From positions 192,001 to 256,000 of the IMG/VR virus record IMGVR_UViG_3300007171_000004: a stretch of 64,000 nucleotides of DNA, one strand, 5' to 3'. Under the pieces are notes generated by a model. That model saw only the letters and a list, made by a program, of their open reading frames with translations, did not search any database and had not been told where the DNA came from. Shown in pieces: positions 9,916-19,057 of this stretch. Within the stretch, counting starts at the first letter, position 1; each line of letters begins with the position of its first letter. Both the position numbers and the translations under genes were made by a program. Source of the DNA: a virus. Its lineage: Duplodnaviria > Caudoviricetes.

Positions 9916-9939
9916 ATCTTAATCTATTGGCTACAAACT

Positions 9940-11034
9940 TTAAATTATTCCTTTGATATGATTTTCAAATGTTTTCAAAGAGCTTATGATTGTTTGATCC
10001 ATATTCATATAAGCATAATTAGCAAGTCTTCCACCAAAAATATATTTATCTTTATCAATCATCTTTAAATATTTTCTAAAGATTTCATTATTTTCAGAAG
10101 AATTAATTGGATAATATGGATCATTTAATTTGTTATATTCTTCAGGGAATTCATATGTAATAATAGATTCTTTAATTGGTCTATAATTGAAATATTTATG
10201 TTCTATGATTCTAGTCCAAGGTATGCTTTTGCTTGGAAAATTAACTTGTGCAATTCCCTGATAATCTTCGTGAACTAAATGATGGGAAAATTTAAGAGAT
10301 CTATATTCCAAATCTCCATGAATGTAACCAAAAAATCTATCAATAGGACCTGTATAGACAACATATTTTGCCATCTTATCAAAATCATCTCTAGAGGCAA
10401 AGTAATCTGTATTTAACTCTAGTGGAATATCACCTAAGATTTTTTTAAATAAATCTTCATATCCATCTTTAGGAACACCAGAATAAAGCTTTTCATGGTA
10501 ATCATCGTTGAAATTAAATCTTATCGGCAATCTATTGAATACAGAAGAATCTATTGTCTTAGCATCTCTTCCCCATTGCTTTTCTGTATAGCCTTTAATT
10601 AATAACTCGTAAATATGCTGTCCAACAGAATCTATAGCAAGTTCTTCAAAATTTATGGGGTTTTTAAATTTATAGAAAGATTGGAATAAATCTTTAACTT
10701 CGGAAATAGATGAAAGTTCTGGATAGATTTGATATATTGTTTGAAGATTTATAGGAAATGAATAATATTGTCCATTTGTAAACGATTTAACTTTGTGCCT
10801 GTAATGATTGAATTCTGAAAAGTTATTTACATATTCCCAGATTTTTTCGTTATTAGTGTTGAAAATATGAGGCCCGTATTCATGAACATTGATACCATTA
10901 TAATTTTTACTGTAACAATTTCCACCAATATGATTTCTTTTATCAATTACTAAGACTTTTTTGCCCAGATTATGAGCTTCTCTTGCAAATACTGACCCAA
11001 AAAATCCAGAACCAACAACTAAATAATCATACAT
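9940..11034 (-). CDS. glf: UDP-galactopyranose mutase
   Basis: FAD-binding VVGSGFFG, IDKRNHIGGNCY, HEYGPHIF, TRIIEHKYF, PYYP and GGRLANYAYMNMDQ motifs; 364 aa. Confidence 0.95.
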   Translation of the reverse strand: MYDYLVVGSGFFGSVFAREAHNLGKKVLVIDKRNHIGGNCYSKNYNGINVHEYGPHIFNTNNEKIWEYVNNFSEFNHYRHKVKSFTNGQYYSFPINLQTIYQIYPELSSISEVKDLFQSFYKFKNPINFEELAIDSVGQHIYELLIKGYTEKQWGRDAKTIDSSVFNRLPIRFNFNDDYHEKLYSGVPKDGYEDLFKKILGDIPLELNTDYFASRDDFDKMAKYVVYTGPIDRFFGYIHGDLEYRSLKFSHHLVHEDYQGIAQVNFPSKSIPWTRIIEHKYFNYRPIKESIITYEFPEEYNKLNDPYYPINSSENNEIFRKYLKMIDKDKYIFGGRLANYAYMNMDQTIISSLKTFENHIKGII

Positions 11035-11050
11035 AATAATCTTTTACAAT

Positions 11051-12025
11051 TTACCAACCAGGAGTGAATAATGGATCTGTAACTAAATTATGAACTGGAG
11101 TGATTTTTTCATCATCGTCATCATTATCTTTTAAAAAACTATCCCAAGACGAAAATGGTTCCTTGTGTAAATTACTCTCATAAGATTCTTCAAGATTTAA
11201 TTCTTTTTTTTGAAGTTGAGATTTATCTTTTTCAATATGATTTTTATAAGGAGCATCACCACCAGGAACATCAAAAGGCAAAGCTGGTGTGTTCCAAAAT
11301 TCACTATAACCACTTCTATTTTGCTTAGGTAAAACTTCCAAATACTCATCTAAAGTTAAATCTGCAGGGCCTAATAGCGGAACAGGATTAGGAAAGTGAG
11401 TTTTTCTATATGTTTCAAATTCGGATTGTTCTTCAGAATCGTCAACAGTTACTCTATCTCTTCTTTTAATTGGATAGGCAGCGACAATCTTATCTAAATC
11501 TCTAATAGCCCAATGAATTCTCTCAGGCTTAATTAAATCTGGAATATTATCAATTAAGTTAGATTTAAATCCATCTTCGTATTTTCTCTTAGAACTCAAT
11601 AACTCTTCAATTCCAACAACATGCTCATTTTTTGGTTTGTAATGCTCTTTGATAAATTTGACAGAGTTATTTCTTAATCTATTTCCAGCATCTTGAAGAA
11701 ATTTTTCGTGCTTTTCAATTTCTTCTTTAACCTTTTTCTTATATCTTTCTCTAGGAGTTAATTCAAAAGGGATAGTGTCATCTTCGGAGAATCTATGGAA
11801 AATTTCAAGGCGAACTTCAATGTTTCTCTCTTCAGAAGGGTCAACAGGATTATGGGTTCTTGCTAAAAAATGCTCAAATGAAATATCCTCAATAAAAGCA
11901 TTAATATCCCAACCTCCAGGATTATAACCACCTTTGCCTATAGGACTTCCACCTGGCGAATAAGGAGACGCTGTTCCACCACCACCAATACCGCCAAACT
12001 GAGCAATTTTAATAGATTTTTCCAT
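11051..12025 (-). CDS. Hypothetical protein with Gly/Pro-rich N-terminus after KIAQ
   Basis: 324-aa ORF starting MEKSIKIAQFGGIGGGGTASPYSPGG. Confidence 0.7.
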   Translation of the reverse strand: MEKSIKIAQFGGIGGGGTASPYSPGGSPIGKGGYNPGGWDINAFIEDISFEHFLARTHNPVDPSEERNIEVRLEIFHRFSEDDTIPFELTPRERYKKKVKEEIEKHEKFLQDAGNRLRNNSVKFIKEHYKPKNEHVVGIEELLSSKRKYEDGFKSNLIDNIPDLIKPERIHWAIRDLDKIVAAYPIKRRDRVTVDDSEEQSEFETYRKTHFPNPVPLLGPADLTLDEYLEVLPKQNRSGYSEFWNTPALPFDVPGGDAPYKNHIEKDKSQLQKKELNLEESYESNLHKEPFSSWDSFLKDNDDDDEKITPVHNLVTDPLFTPGW

Positions 12026-12028
12026 ATA

Positions 12029-13642
12029 TTAAGTCCTTGAAGTTGGATAAGAACCAGAGTCTAATGTAAATGTTTTGATAACAGTTGTATTATCACTTGC
12101 ATATAAAGATAATGTTGTTCCTGATATAACCCACTTGCCAAAACCATAAGCTCTAGCAGCATTCAACGCATCACCTACAGTATGGGCAGTGTTAGATGTA
12201 GGAACAGATTGGGACATGTCAATTTGTGTGTAAGCTAAATTAACAGTAAGAACAGCTCCATTAGTACCCGCTGCTCCTCTTACGTTAATTGTTACATCAG
12301 AAGAGCCTGAAGCAAAAGCAGCATTCGGCACGTCTAATCTATAAATTCCAGGCATTGTTGTTGAATTAATTTCTGCAAAACCACCTGAAGTCCAAGCTCC
12401 TGTTGCTGTCTGACTTACTAACGAAATCTGAACTGGAGTACTTCTATTTCTTACATAGTAGGCTTGCAGTCCTGATGTATTGAATGTTAGACCTTTCACA
12501 CCTAGGTACAGTTCGATGGATTGTGAGGTGCTACCGGGGGAGATTGTGATAGAAGATGAATTACGCTCCGTTGGAAGATAGGAGCCTATACCAGATAAAT
12601 TTCTATAAGTAGAAAAACCAATATCTGGATTTGCGCTTGTCCATGTGACACCATAAATGTCAGATCCAGGGGCATTAGTCATAGTACCTGTATTTATATT
12701 TGGACTAACTTGTTCTGGAGAAAAGATCATAATTGGATTAAATCCTAAAACTGTTTCATATCCATGAGAAATTCCATAAACGCCTACAGATTTTGAATTA
12801 GCTCCAATGGTTACATTAGAATATGCAGTTTGACATCCTATTACACGATTATAATCATCATCAATGTATGCTGTACCAGTACCAGAAATCCCAACACCAT
12901 TAACGTTTGCCACAAGAGTATTACGTATTTTTAACGGAAAAGATGCATCACCAATTGTTGCAGCTAAAGGACAGCGATAAAAAGTACAATTTATAACTAG
13001 GCCTTGAATATTACGGATTAGAGAAACGGTATTTCCAATGACCAAGCAGTCAGACATTTCAAATGTATCTGTAACATTTACTCCGTTAATCCAAGGAGTA
13101 TACGTATGACCAACAAAAACACATTTGCGTATCTTCAAATTACTGGCAGTAGCTGCGGTCGTAGTCCAATAAAAACTGGAACCGTTGACACCTGCGTAAT
13201 TTACATTTTGTTGGAAAATACATCTGGTCCAGGTAAAATTATTGCAAGTTAAACAATTGATAATATTATTATTGCCTCCACCGCCTCCCTGAAAATATAA
13301 TGAATCAAAACTCAAAAATGCTTTTGATGTTGCGTTTAATAAATTATTTGTATTTGCTGGAGAAGAATCCTCATTTGAATAATTTGAAATTTTTACAAAT
13401 CCTGGAGATATGCCAGTAAATTGATTACATAAAATGTCACCAATTATTGAAGTAGTACTAGAATATGTACCACCAATTGTAATATTTTCAGTATAAACGC
13501 CGGGAGCTATATATAAAGTGTCTCCTGAATTTATTCCAGTAGCACCTAAGGCTTTTTGTATTGTTCGCCAAGCTAAAGAAACACTTTGCCCTAAACCAGT
13601 GTTGCCATCATTTCCATCAGGTCGCACATAATAAGTTGCCAT
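12029..13642 (-). CDS. Right-handed beta-helix (pectin-lyase-like) protein, putative tail spike/fibre or head decoration
   Basis: N-terminal TYYVRPDGNDGNTG...AWRTIQKAL...GDTLYIAPGVYTE (DUF1565-like), Asn/Cys ladder repeats, Thr/Ser/Gly-rich C-terminus. Confidence 0.75.
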   Translation of the reverse strand: MATYYVRPDGNDGNTGLGQSVSLAWRTIQKALGATGINSGDTLYIAPGVYTENITIGGTYSSTTSIIGDILCNQFTGISPGFVKISNYSNEDSSPANTNNLLNATSKAFLSFDSLYFQGGGGGNNNIINCLTCNNFTWTRCIFQQNVNYAGVNGSSFYWTTTAATASNLKIRKCVFVGHTYTPWINGVNVTDTFEMSDCLVIGNTVSLIRNIQGLVINCTFYRCPLAATIGDASFPLKIRNTLVANVNGVGISGTGTAYIDDDYNRVIGCQTAYSNVTIGANSKSVGVYGISHGYETVLGFNPIMIFSPEQVSPNINTGTMTNAPGSDIYGVTWTSANPDIGFSTYRNLSGIGSYLPTERNSSSITISPGSTSQSIELYLGVKGLTFNTSGLQAYYVRNRSTPVQISLVSQTATGAWTSGGFAEINSTTMPGIYRLDVPNAAFASGSSDVTINVRGAAGTNGAVLTVNLAYTQIDMSQSVPTSNTAHTVGDALNAARAYGFGKWVISGTTLSLYASDNTTVIKTFTLDSGSYPTSRT

Positions 13643-13676
13643 TATTTAATTATCCACAAAATAATTTTCATATCTA

Positions 13677-16600
13677 TCAAATTCTTCTACCTAATGAAAT
13701 TGTCCTAGAACCTGGTAGTCTTTGCATGATTTTACTTGTTAAACATTCATAAGATACAGCAGCTATGGCATCACAAATATCATCTTTATATCCTTGCAAC
13801 GCTGAAATATAATATCTAGAACCTTTCCATTTTTTTTGTAGGAATTGAAATTGTATTTTTGCTTCCTGAATTTCATTAAGATCAAATTCTCTTCCAGTGG
13901 CATCTTTAAACTTACCTCCTGAAAGATCATAAATATCAATCCTATCCTCTCTCAATAATTGGGTAAGTTCTGTGTAAATCTTTTCCTTATATTCCTTATT
14001 AAATTGACGTTCTAATGCATTAATACCAGCACTTTGTAATTTAATAAGAGATGATTGAGAATGCCATTGATCAAAAGTCACTTGTTTAAACTTGAACCTT
14101 TTGTGTAATTCAATTATATATTCTTCAACTTCTCTCTCAGACACAGGTTGGTTTTTAATCATAGGATTCCAAAAATGAATATGATCAATTACAACTCTTC
14201 TTAGAGGTCTATTATCAGGTCCAATTGAGCCATAAATAGGTTCAGAGTGCGCTACAGCAAGAGCATAATAATCAGATGTTCGAGCTGGATCTAAATGACA
14301 ATAATAATCAACTAAAGGCTGACCCTGCTCTCTTCGTCCCACCATTGAAGAAGAATTGAAAAATCTATCAATAGCATCAGGGGTGAACATTGGATCTGAT
14401 GAAGAAGCTCCGAATTCCGCCCCATATTGCATTTGATGTTCTACAGGGTTTTTCTTTTTCTGATCATCTAGCCAAGCTTTATCAATATTAGGATTTGTTA
14501 ACCAAGTAGGTAATCTCATCACTAGAGTTGTTGGATCATCTTGCCTGTTCTCATGTAAATCATATAACAATCCAATAGGGCCTTTAGGGTTAGAAAGCAT
14601 CATCATCTTTCCATCCTTACCAAAAGTAGCTAGAGAAGGTTTCAAGTCATCATAAAGAGAGTAGTCAACACCAGAATCAGGATTGTCTCCGGCCATAGCA
14701 GCTACCTCGTCCATAATAATACACCAACAAGTAAGACCAACAAGACCTGAAGCATTACTAGAACCACAACGCAAAACAAGAGATCCAGGAAATAAATTAA
14801 TACCAGCTACTTCTCTTCTTTCATTTTCTTTTCGGTCATGGTCTGTATAGAATCTCATTTCAAGTTCAGTATCTTTTCCAATAAAGGGTTGAAAATATGG
14901 AGATGCTAAAACAGTCTGCTTAATTTTAGAGAAGATAGCTTTTTTAGCCTGTTCTTCGTTCCTAGCAACATTAAGTAGAACAATCTCGTCAAATTCCATC
15001 AAACCATATCTAGATTGAGGATGATCCATAGAAATTAAACGATATAATTCATAAAGAGCCATGGCAGAAACAAGGAACGAATTATGAGTTGGAATCATAC
15101 TCTTTCCAATTAAATACATATGGGATGGATGTTCTACCTGAATACATTGCATGCCCGGATTAGGAACAGGATTGCATTCTTTAATAAAAACTCTATATTT
15201 ATCAGATTTATCGATTGTTGGTTTATTATCTAATATTGCTTGCTTTCTTGGTAAATTAAATACTTTATCACCAGGGCGAACAGAGTAAGTAATTCTCCAA
15301 CGATCTGAGGTTTTTCTTCCATAAAGTGTTGCATCAGATTTCTTAATACTTGCCTTAAAACCTAACCCACAAACAAGTTCATAATAATCATAAGCTAGAG
15401 TTTCATTAGTGTTGCAAAATTCTACAGTATATTTTTTAGGATCTACATAACCATCAGTATCATTCAAACCTCTTAAAAGCTCTAATCTTTGTTCAATAGA
15501 TGCTTGCTTGTAGATTAATGGAATATGCTTGTTTTTAAATACGCCAATTTCTTTAATCAAATGTAAGAATATTTTATGTGTTTCTGTGTTAGGATGAATA
15601 TAATGTGATTTTTCAATTGTAGAACAGTGTTTAATTGTATGATTGCAATTAGCTTCAATATAATCAAAAATTTCCATATCAATTCCAGTTAATTGATAAG
15701 AAGATTTACAGCCATCTCCTAGCCATGCTCCAAGAAGATAGGGATGAATTAAAAGATCTTGCTCTGAAAATTGAAGGGGTTTTGTAATCTCTATAGCATG
15801 ATTGTACTCTACAGTAAATTTCTCTCTTCTTTCAGTTTGTGAGCCTTTTTTGAGCATCTGTCTAGGCTTACCATATGTTAAAGATTCATAGATTTGTTGA
15901 GTTGTAAATACTTGAGGAACAGGGTCTTTAGAATATTTACCTCTAGATGCGTTTTTTCTTTGAGCTTTCGTGAGAGTCACCCATTCATGATTTTCACCAG
16001 CGACAATTCTATCTCCATTGCTAAATACTAATTCATACGCTTGCTCATCATAATCTATATCAGATTTTGCAATGACTTTAGTAGCTGTTCCATCTGGTGC
16101 AAAAACATAATCTCCTACCTTGACTTCACCCATTGTTGACCACCCAGATGTCGTATATAATGGGGTGTCTAACAGTAACAATTTTCCCGAACGGCGACCA
16201 AGCACTAAAACTAGTTCTTGAAATTTGTATCTTTTAGTACATTTGTTAAGAACCTGCAATCTGAGTTTAGGATCGAACTCTTCAGAATATAGCAGATCTT
16301 TTTCGCTTTGGAAGTTATCTGTAATAGGTCTTGCTTCGAGTTCAAGTACCTGTCTTTCTGAGTCTGGGTTTGTGGCTTCTTCTTTTGCAGCTTTATATCT
16401 TGTTTCTCTAGCGGATTCTGAAAAATTTGAACATGTTAAGCAGGGTGAATTTACTACAGAGAAAATCGTTTTAAGATTCCTGCCTTCGTTATAAAAAGTT
16501 TCAAATTTAAGCTCATTGTCTTTAATATATTCCCAGACACAACCTTTACAGCCATTTCTATCCTCTGGTAAAATATCATCAATTTGCAGAGTAGTGTTGC

Positions 16601-16892
16601 CTTCTTGTCCCATATAGAAGCATTTGAGAATTAATCTTTGCCATGGGTAGGGTTTTAAGTTACAGTAATAAGGATGTTCAATAAATGTTACAATATCTAC
16701 AATTTGATCGGGGTTAAATCGGTCTTTGGGTGGAATCGCTGGTGGTAGTGATTCTGATCTAGTTGCTGGCAATACTTCATCTAAAAAATCGTATCCTTGA
16801 TCTTTAAGAAAGTTTGTAGCGTTAGCAGCATTTTGCAAGAGTTGAGTTTTGAAATCTTGCTGGTTATTTTTATCCTTAACTGTTTTTCGCAT
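13677..16892 (-). CDS. terL: Terminase large subunit with intein
   Basis: Walker A GRRSGK|S is interrupted by an intein. Walker B CIIMDE, MMMLSNP coupling motif, nuclease HLDPA...DDICDA. Confidence 0.93.
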   Translation of the reverse strand: MRKTVKDKNNQQDFKTQLLQNAANATNFLKDQGYDFLDEVLPATRSESLPPAIPPKDRFNPDQIVDIVTFIEHPYYCNLKPYPWQRLILKCFYMGQEGNTTLQIDDILPEDRNGCKGCVWEYIKDNELKFETFYNEGRNLKTIFSVVNSPCLTCSNFSESARETRYKAAKEEATNPDSERQVLELEARPITDNFQSEKDLLYSEEFDPKLRLQVLNKCTKRYKFQELVLVLGRRSGKLLLLDTPLYTTSGWSTMGEVKVGDYVFAPDGTATKVIAKSDIDYDEQAYELVFSNGDRIVAGENHEWVTLTKAQRKNASRGKYSKDPVPQVFTTQQIYESLTYGKPRQMLKKGSQTERREKFTVEYNHAIEITKPLQFSEQDLLIHPYLLGAWLGDGCKSSYQLTGIDMEIFDYIEANCNHTIKHCSTIEKSHYIHPNTETHKIFLHLIKEIGVFKNKHIPLIYKQASIEQRLELLRGLNDTDGYVDPKKYTVEFCNTNETLAYDYYELVCGLGFKASIKKSDATLYGRKTSDRWRITYSVRPGDKVFNLPRKQAILDNKPTIDKSDKYRVFIKECNPVPNPGMQCIQVEHPSHMYLIGKSMIPTHNSFLVSAMALYELYRLISMDHPQSRYGLMEFDEIVLLNVARNEEQAKKAIFSKIKQTVLASPYFQPFIGKDTELEMRFYTDHDRKENERREVAGINLFPGSLVLRCGSSNASGLVGLTCWCIIMDEVAAMAGDNPDSGVDYSLYDDLKPSLATFGKDGKMMMLSNPKGPIGLLYDLHENRQDDPTTLVMRLPTWLTNPNIDKAWLDDQKKKNPVEHQMQYGAEFGASSSDPMFTPDAIDRFFNSSSMVGRREQGQPLVDYYCHLDPARTSDYYALAVAHSEPIYGSIGPDNRPLRRVVIDHIHFWNPMIKNQPVSEREVEEYIIELHKRFKFKQVTFDQWHSQSSLIKLQSAGINALERQFNKEYKEKIYTELTQLLREDRIDIYDLSGGKFKDATGREFDLNEIQEAKIQFQFLQKKWKGSRYYISALQGYKDDICDAIAAVSYECLTSKIMQRLPGSRTISLGRRI
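13681..13706 (-). promoter_or_regulatory. SigH-type promoter candidate AGGA-N18-GAAT
   Basis: Minus strand AGGAcaatttcattaggtagaaGAAT at the 3' end of terL, ending 39 nt before ATG 13642. Confidence 0.5.
15081..16181 (-). mobile_element. Class 3 intein with LAGLIDADG homing endonuclease (367 aa) in the terminase P-loop
   Basis: Block A LLLLDTPLYTTSGWSTMGEVKVGD; block B AGENHEW; LAGLIDADG motifs YLLGAWLGDG and LLRGLNDTDG; block F MQCIQV; block G IPTHN followed by Ser. Confidence 0.92.
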
Positions 16893-17593
16893 TAGTGTTC
16901 CTGTTGTAGTCTATCTCGGAGTGTTTTAATTTCCATACTAACAATTCTCTTATCATCTGAACATACAAGTTTTTCATGTAAGTTGATAAGAATTTCAAAA
17001 ATATTAAGGGCTAAAACTCCTGCATTATCACGTTTTTCTTTAAGGTCCATGATTCTAGCAATTAATTTCTCAACCATGGCAGATCTTTTAAGTTTCAGCT
17101 CATTATTCTTACCGCAATCGATCCCTCTTACTTCATCTAGTTCTGTCATAAGGGCTACAAGGGCTAATTGGTGTTCACGAAAGATCCAAGGAGCTATCAT
17201 TTCTTCTCTTTGTTCATATCCTTTAAGTCCAGATACAGAGACTTTTCGGAAATCGCAGTGAGAATCCATGTGAGTTTTTACTTGAGTCCAGTTTAATCTT
17301 GCAGCATAATATTTATCAAAAAACTTAATTACAGCTTGAGGTTTCTTTCCGCTTTCAAGATAAACATGTTCGGCAAGAGTTCTAAATGGGCTTGAACATA
17401 TAGCACATCGAGTTTCAGTATATTGAGGATAGTGAACATCTAAATAGGAATCTTGAGGTAATTGCTGAAGAGGTTGATCATCAAACTTAAGATCTGCGAA
17501 GAGTTTTATTTTTGGTTTTACTTCAATTAGGGAATCTGTTTCAGTAAGTTCTTCAATTATAGTAAAGTCGTTATTGTCAAATTTATCGTCCAT
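16892..17593 (-). CDS. Putative terminase small subunit (Zn-finger/HTH plus helical C-terminus)
   Basis: Immediately upstream of and coupled to terL. CAIC...HMDSHC metal-binding pattern. Likely start MDDKF at 17593 (the track uses TTG at 17608). Confidence 0.5.
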   Translation of the reverse strand: MDDKFDNNDFTIIEELTETDSLIEVKPKIKLFADLKFDDQPLQQLPQDSYLDVHYPQYTETRCAICSSPFRTLAEHVYLESGKKPQAVIKFFDKYYAARLNWTQVKTHMDSHCDFRKVSVSGLKGYEQREEMIAPWIFREHQLALVALMTELDEVRGIDCGKNNELKLKRSAMVEKLIARIMDLKEKRDNAGVLALNIFEILINLHEKLVCSDDKRIVSMEIKTLRDRLQQEH

Positions 17594-17612
17594 ATTTAGA
17601 TTGTACAAAAAA

Positions 17613-17636
17613 AAGAACCTCGGTTAAGAGGTTCTT
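17613..17636 (-). terminator. Intrinsic terminator
   Basis: aagaacctc-N6-gaggttctt stem followed by T8 on the minus strand. Confidence 0.75.
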
Positions 17637-17662
17637 ATACTTTATGATATATTTAAATTATA

Positions 17663-18370
17663 TTAGATGTTAAGAGCTTTTTTAAGTCTTTCGTATGGAC
17701 TTGTGGCATCTGCAGCATAAACAAGAAATTCATCTGCAAGGCCAAAACTCTCATAATTTCCTTGGGTATATTTTTCGCTATTAGATTTACCAAGATTAAG
17801 ATCAACTTCTGCTTCATGGTTTTTGATAGCTACTCTGAAGGTATTATTTCCAGTAGAAGCAATTTTAGCGGTGGAATTTTGTGCAGTAAGAACGTTGCCT
17901 AATAAACACTCTTCGAACCATGGCTTTAATTCGCTATGAAGTGTTTGGAGTGCATTACTGTCTTTTTGTGCATATTCGGCTAATTTTACCAATGAATCAA
18001 AAGCCTTATTAGAAACTTTAACGATTGCATGGTCGCCTTGGCATAATCTCTTGGCGAATTCCTTAGCAGAAACATTCTTGAGGGTATTTTCTACAGCTGG
18101 TTTACAATCATCATACTTTGTTGGAACTACTGGGATAAATGTTGCTTTTTGGGCTTCCTTAACATTTTCTTGGAAGATAGAAGAAGCATACTTCTCTACC
18201 ATATCAAGATCGAAATTTTCACTAGCTAAAATTTCAATAGCGTCTGATCTGTTGTAGCCTTGTTGCTTTAGATCTGACGCTAATCGTTGAATTAACATGC
18301 CTTGACCAGAACTATGAGACTTAAGCTCATTCCTCCAGTTATAAATAAAGTCATTTTTTGTTTCGTACAC
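17663..18370 (-). CDS. Hypothetical protein, probable virion-associated
   Basis: 235 aa, GTG start with SD AGGAG; contains RLASD, KEAQ and KIAS. Confidence 0.7.
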   Translation of the reverse strand: MYETKNDFIYNWRNELKSHSSGQGMLIQRLASDLKQQGYNRSDAIEILASENFDLDMVEKYASSIFQENVKEAQKATFIPVVPTKYDDCKPAVENTLKNVSAKEFAKRLCQGDHAIVKVSNKAFDSLVKLAEYAQKDSNALQTLHSELKPWFEECLLGNVLTAQNSTAKIASTGNNTFRVAIKNHEAEVDLNLGKSNSEKYTQGNYESFGLADEFLVYAADATSPYERLKKALNI

Positions 18371-18505
18371 TCTTATTATCTCCTGGTATAAAATTTTCTT
18401 TCAAGCCCCTAAAATAAAAATAAGGGCCACGAAGAAAGGCAACCCAAGAAGAAGAGCAAGAAAGAAGAAGAACACATAAGATATAATGCAAAATTTTTGG
18501 GCAAA

Positions 18506-19057
18506 TTATACTATTTCTTCTTCTAGTAATTTCTTAAGTGATTCTAATGCTCGTTCTAATCTTCTTGAAAACGATGCTTGGGTAATTTTCAATAATTCTG
18601 CAGCTTCTTCTTGAGTATATTCTTCAAAGAAATATAACTTAATTGCCTCTCTTTGTTTTTCTTTCAATTTAAGCAATGCATCTTTTATTACAATTTTATC
18701 CAATATTCTATTAAATGGATCACTGGCTTTTAGTTCTTGAATTTCTTGTTCATCAATTTCTTCAAGATGCGTGAATTTGCATTTGATGAGATTAACAATT
18801 GCTCTATCTATTCTTGTTGCTAAGTAATATGAAAAGAAAGATAATTCTGGATCATAAAGTTCTACAAGCTTCTTAAAGATAAAATAAGATTCTTGAATTA
18901 CATCCTCTACATATCTTATAGAATTATATTTAACTGTGCATCTTCTAATTGATGTTCTAATTAAGGGAGTATAGAATTCGTAAAGTTTATTTAAAGAATA
19001 TTGATCATTATTTTTAGCTTTTTCTACCAGCTTATTTATTTCTTCATAATTGTCCAT
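18506..19057 (-). CDS. Sigma-70 family RNA polymerase sigma factor (short, ECF-like)
   Basis: Region 2 EDVIQESYFIF...YDP...FSYY; region 4 LKEKQREAIKLYFFEEYTQEEAAELLKITQASFSRR. Confidence 0.9.
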   Translation of the reverse strand: MDNYEEINKLVEKAKNNDQYSLNKLYEFYTPLIRTSIRRCTVKYNSIRYVEDVIQESYFIFKKLVELYDPELSFFSYYLATRIDRAIVNLIKCKFTHLEEIDEQEIQELKASDPFNRILDKIVIKDALLKLKEKQREAIKLYFFEEYTQEEAAELLKITQASFSRRLERALESLKKLLEEEIV

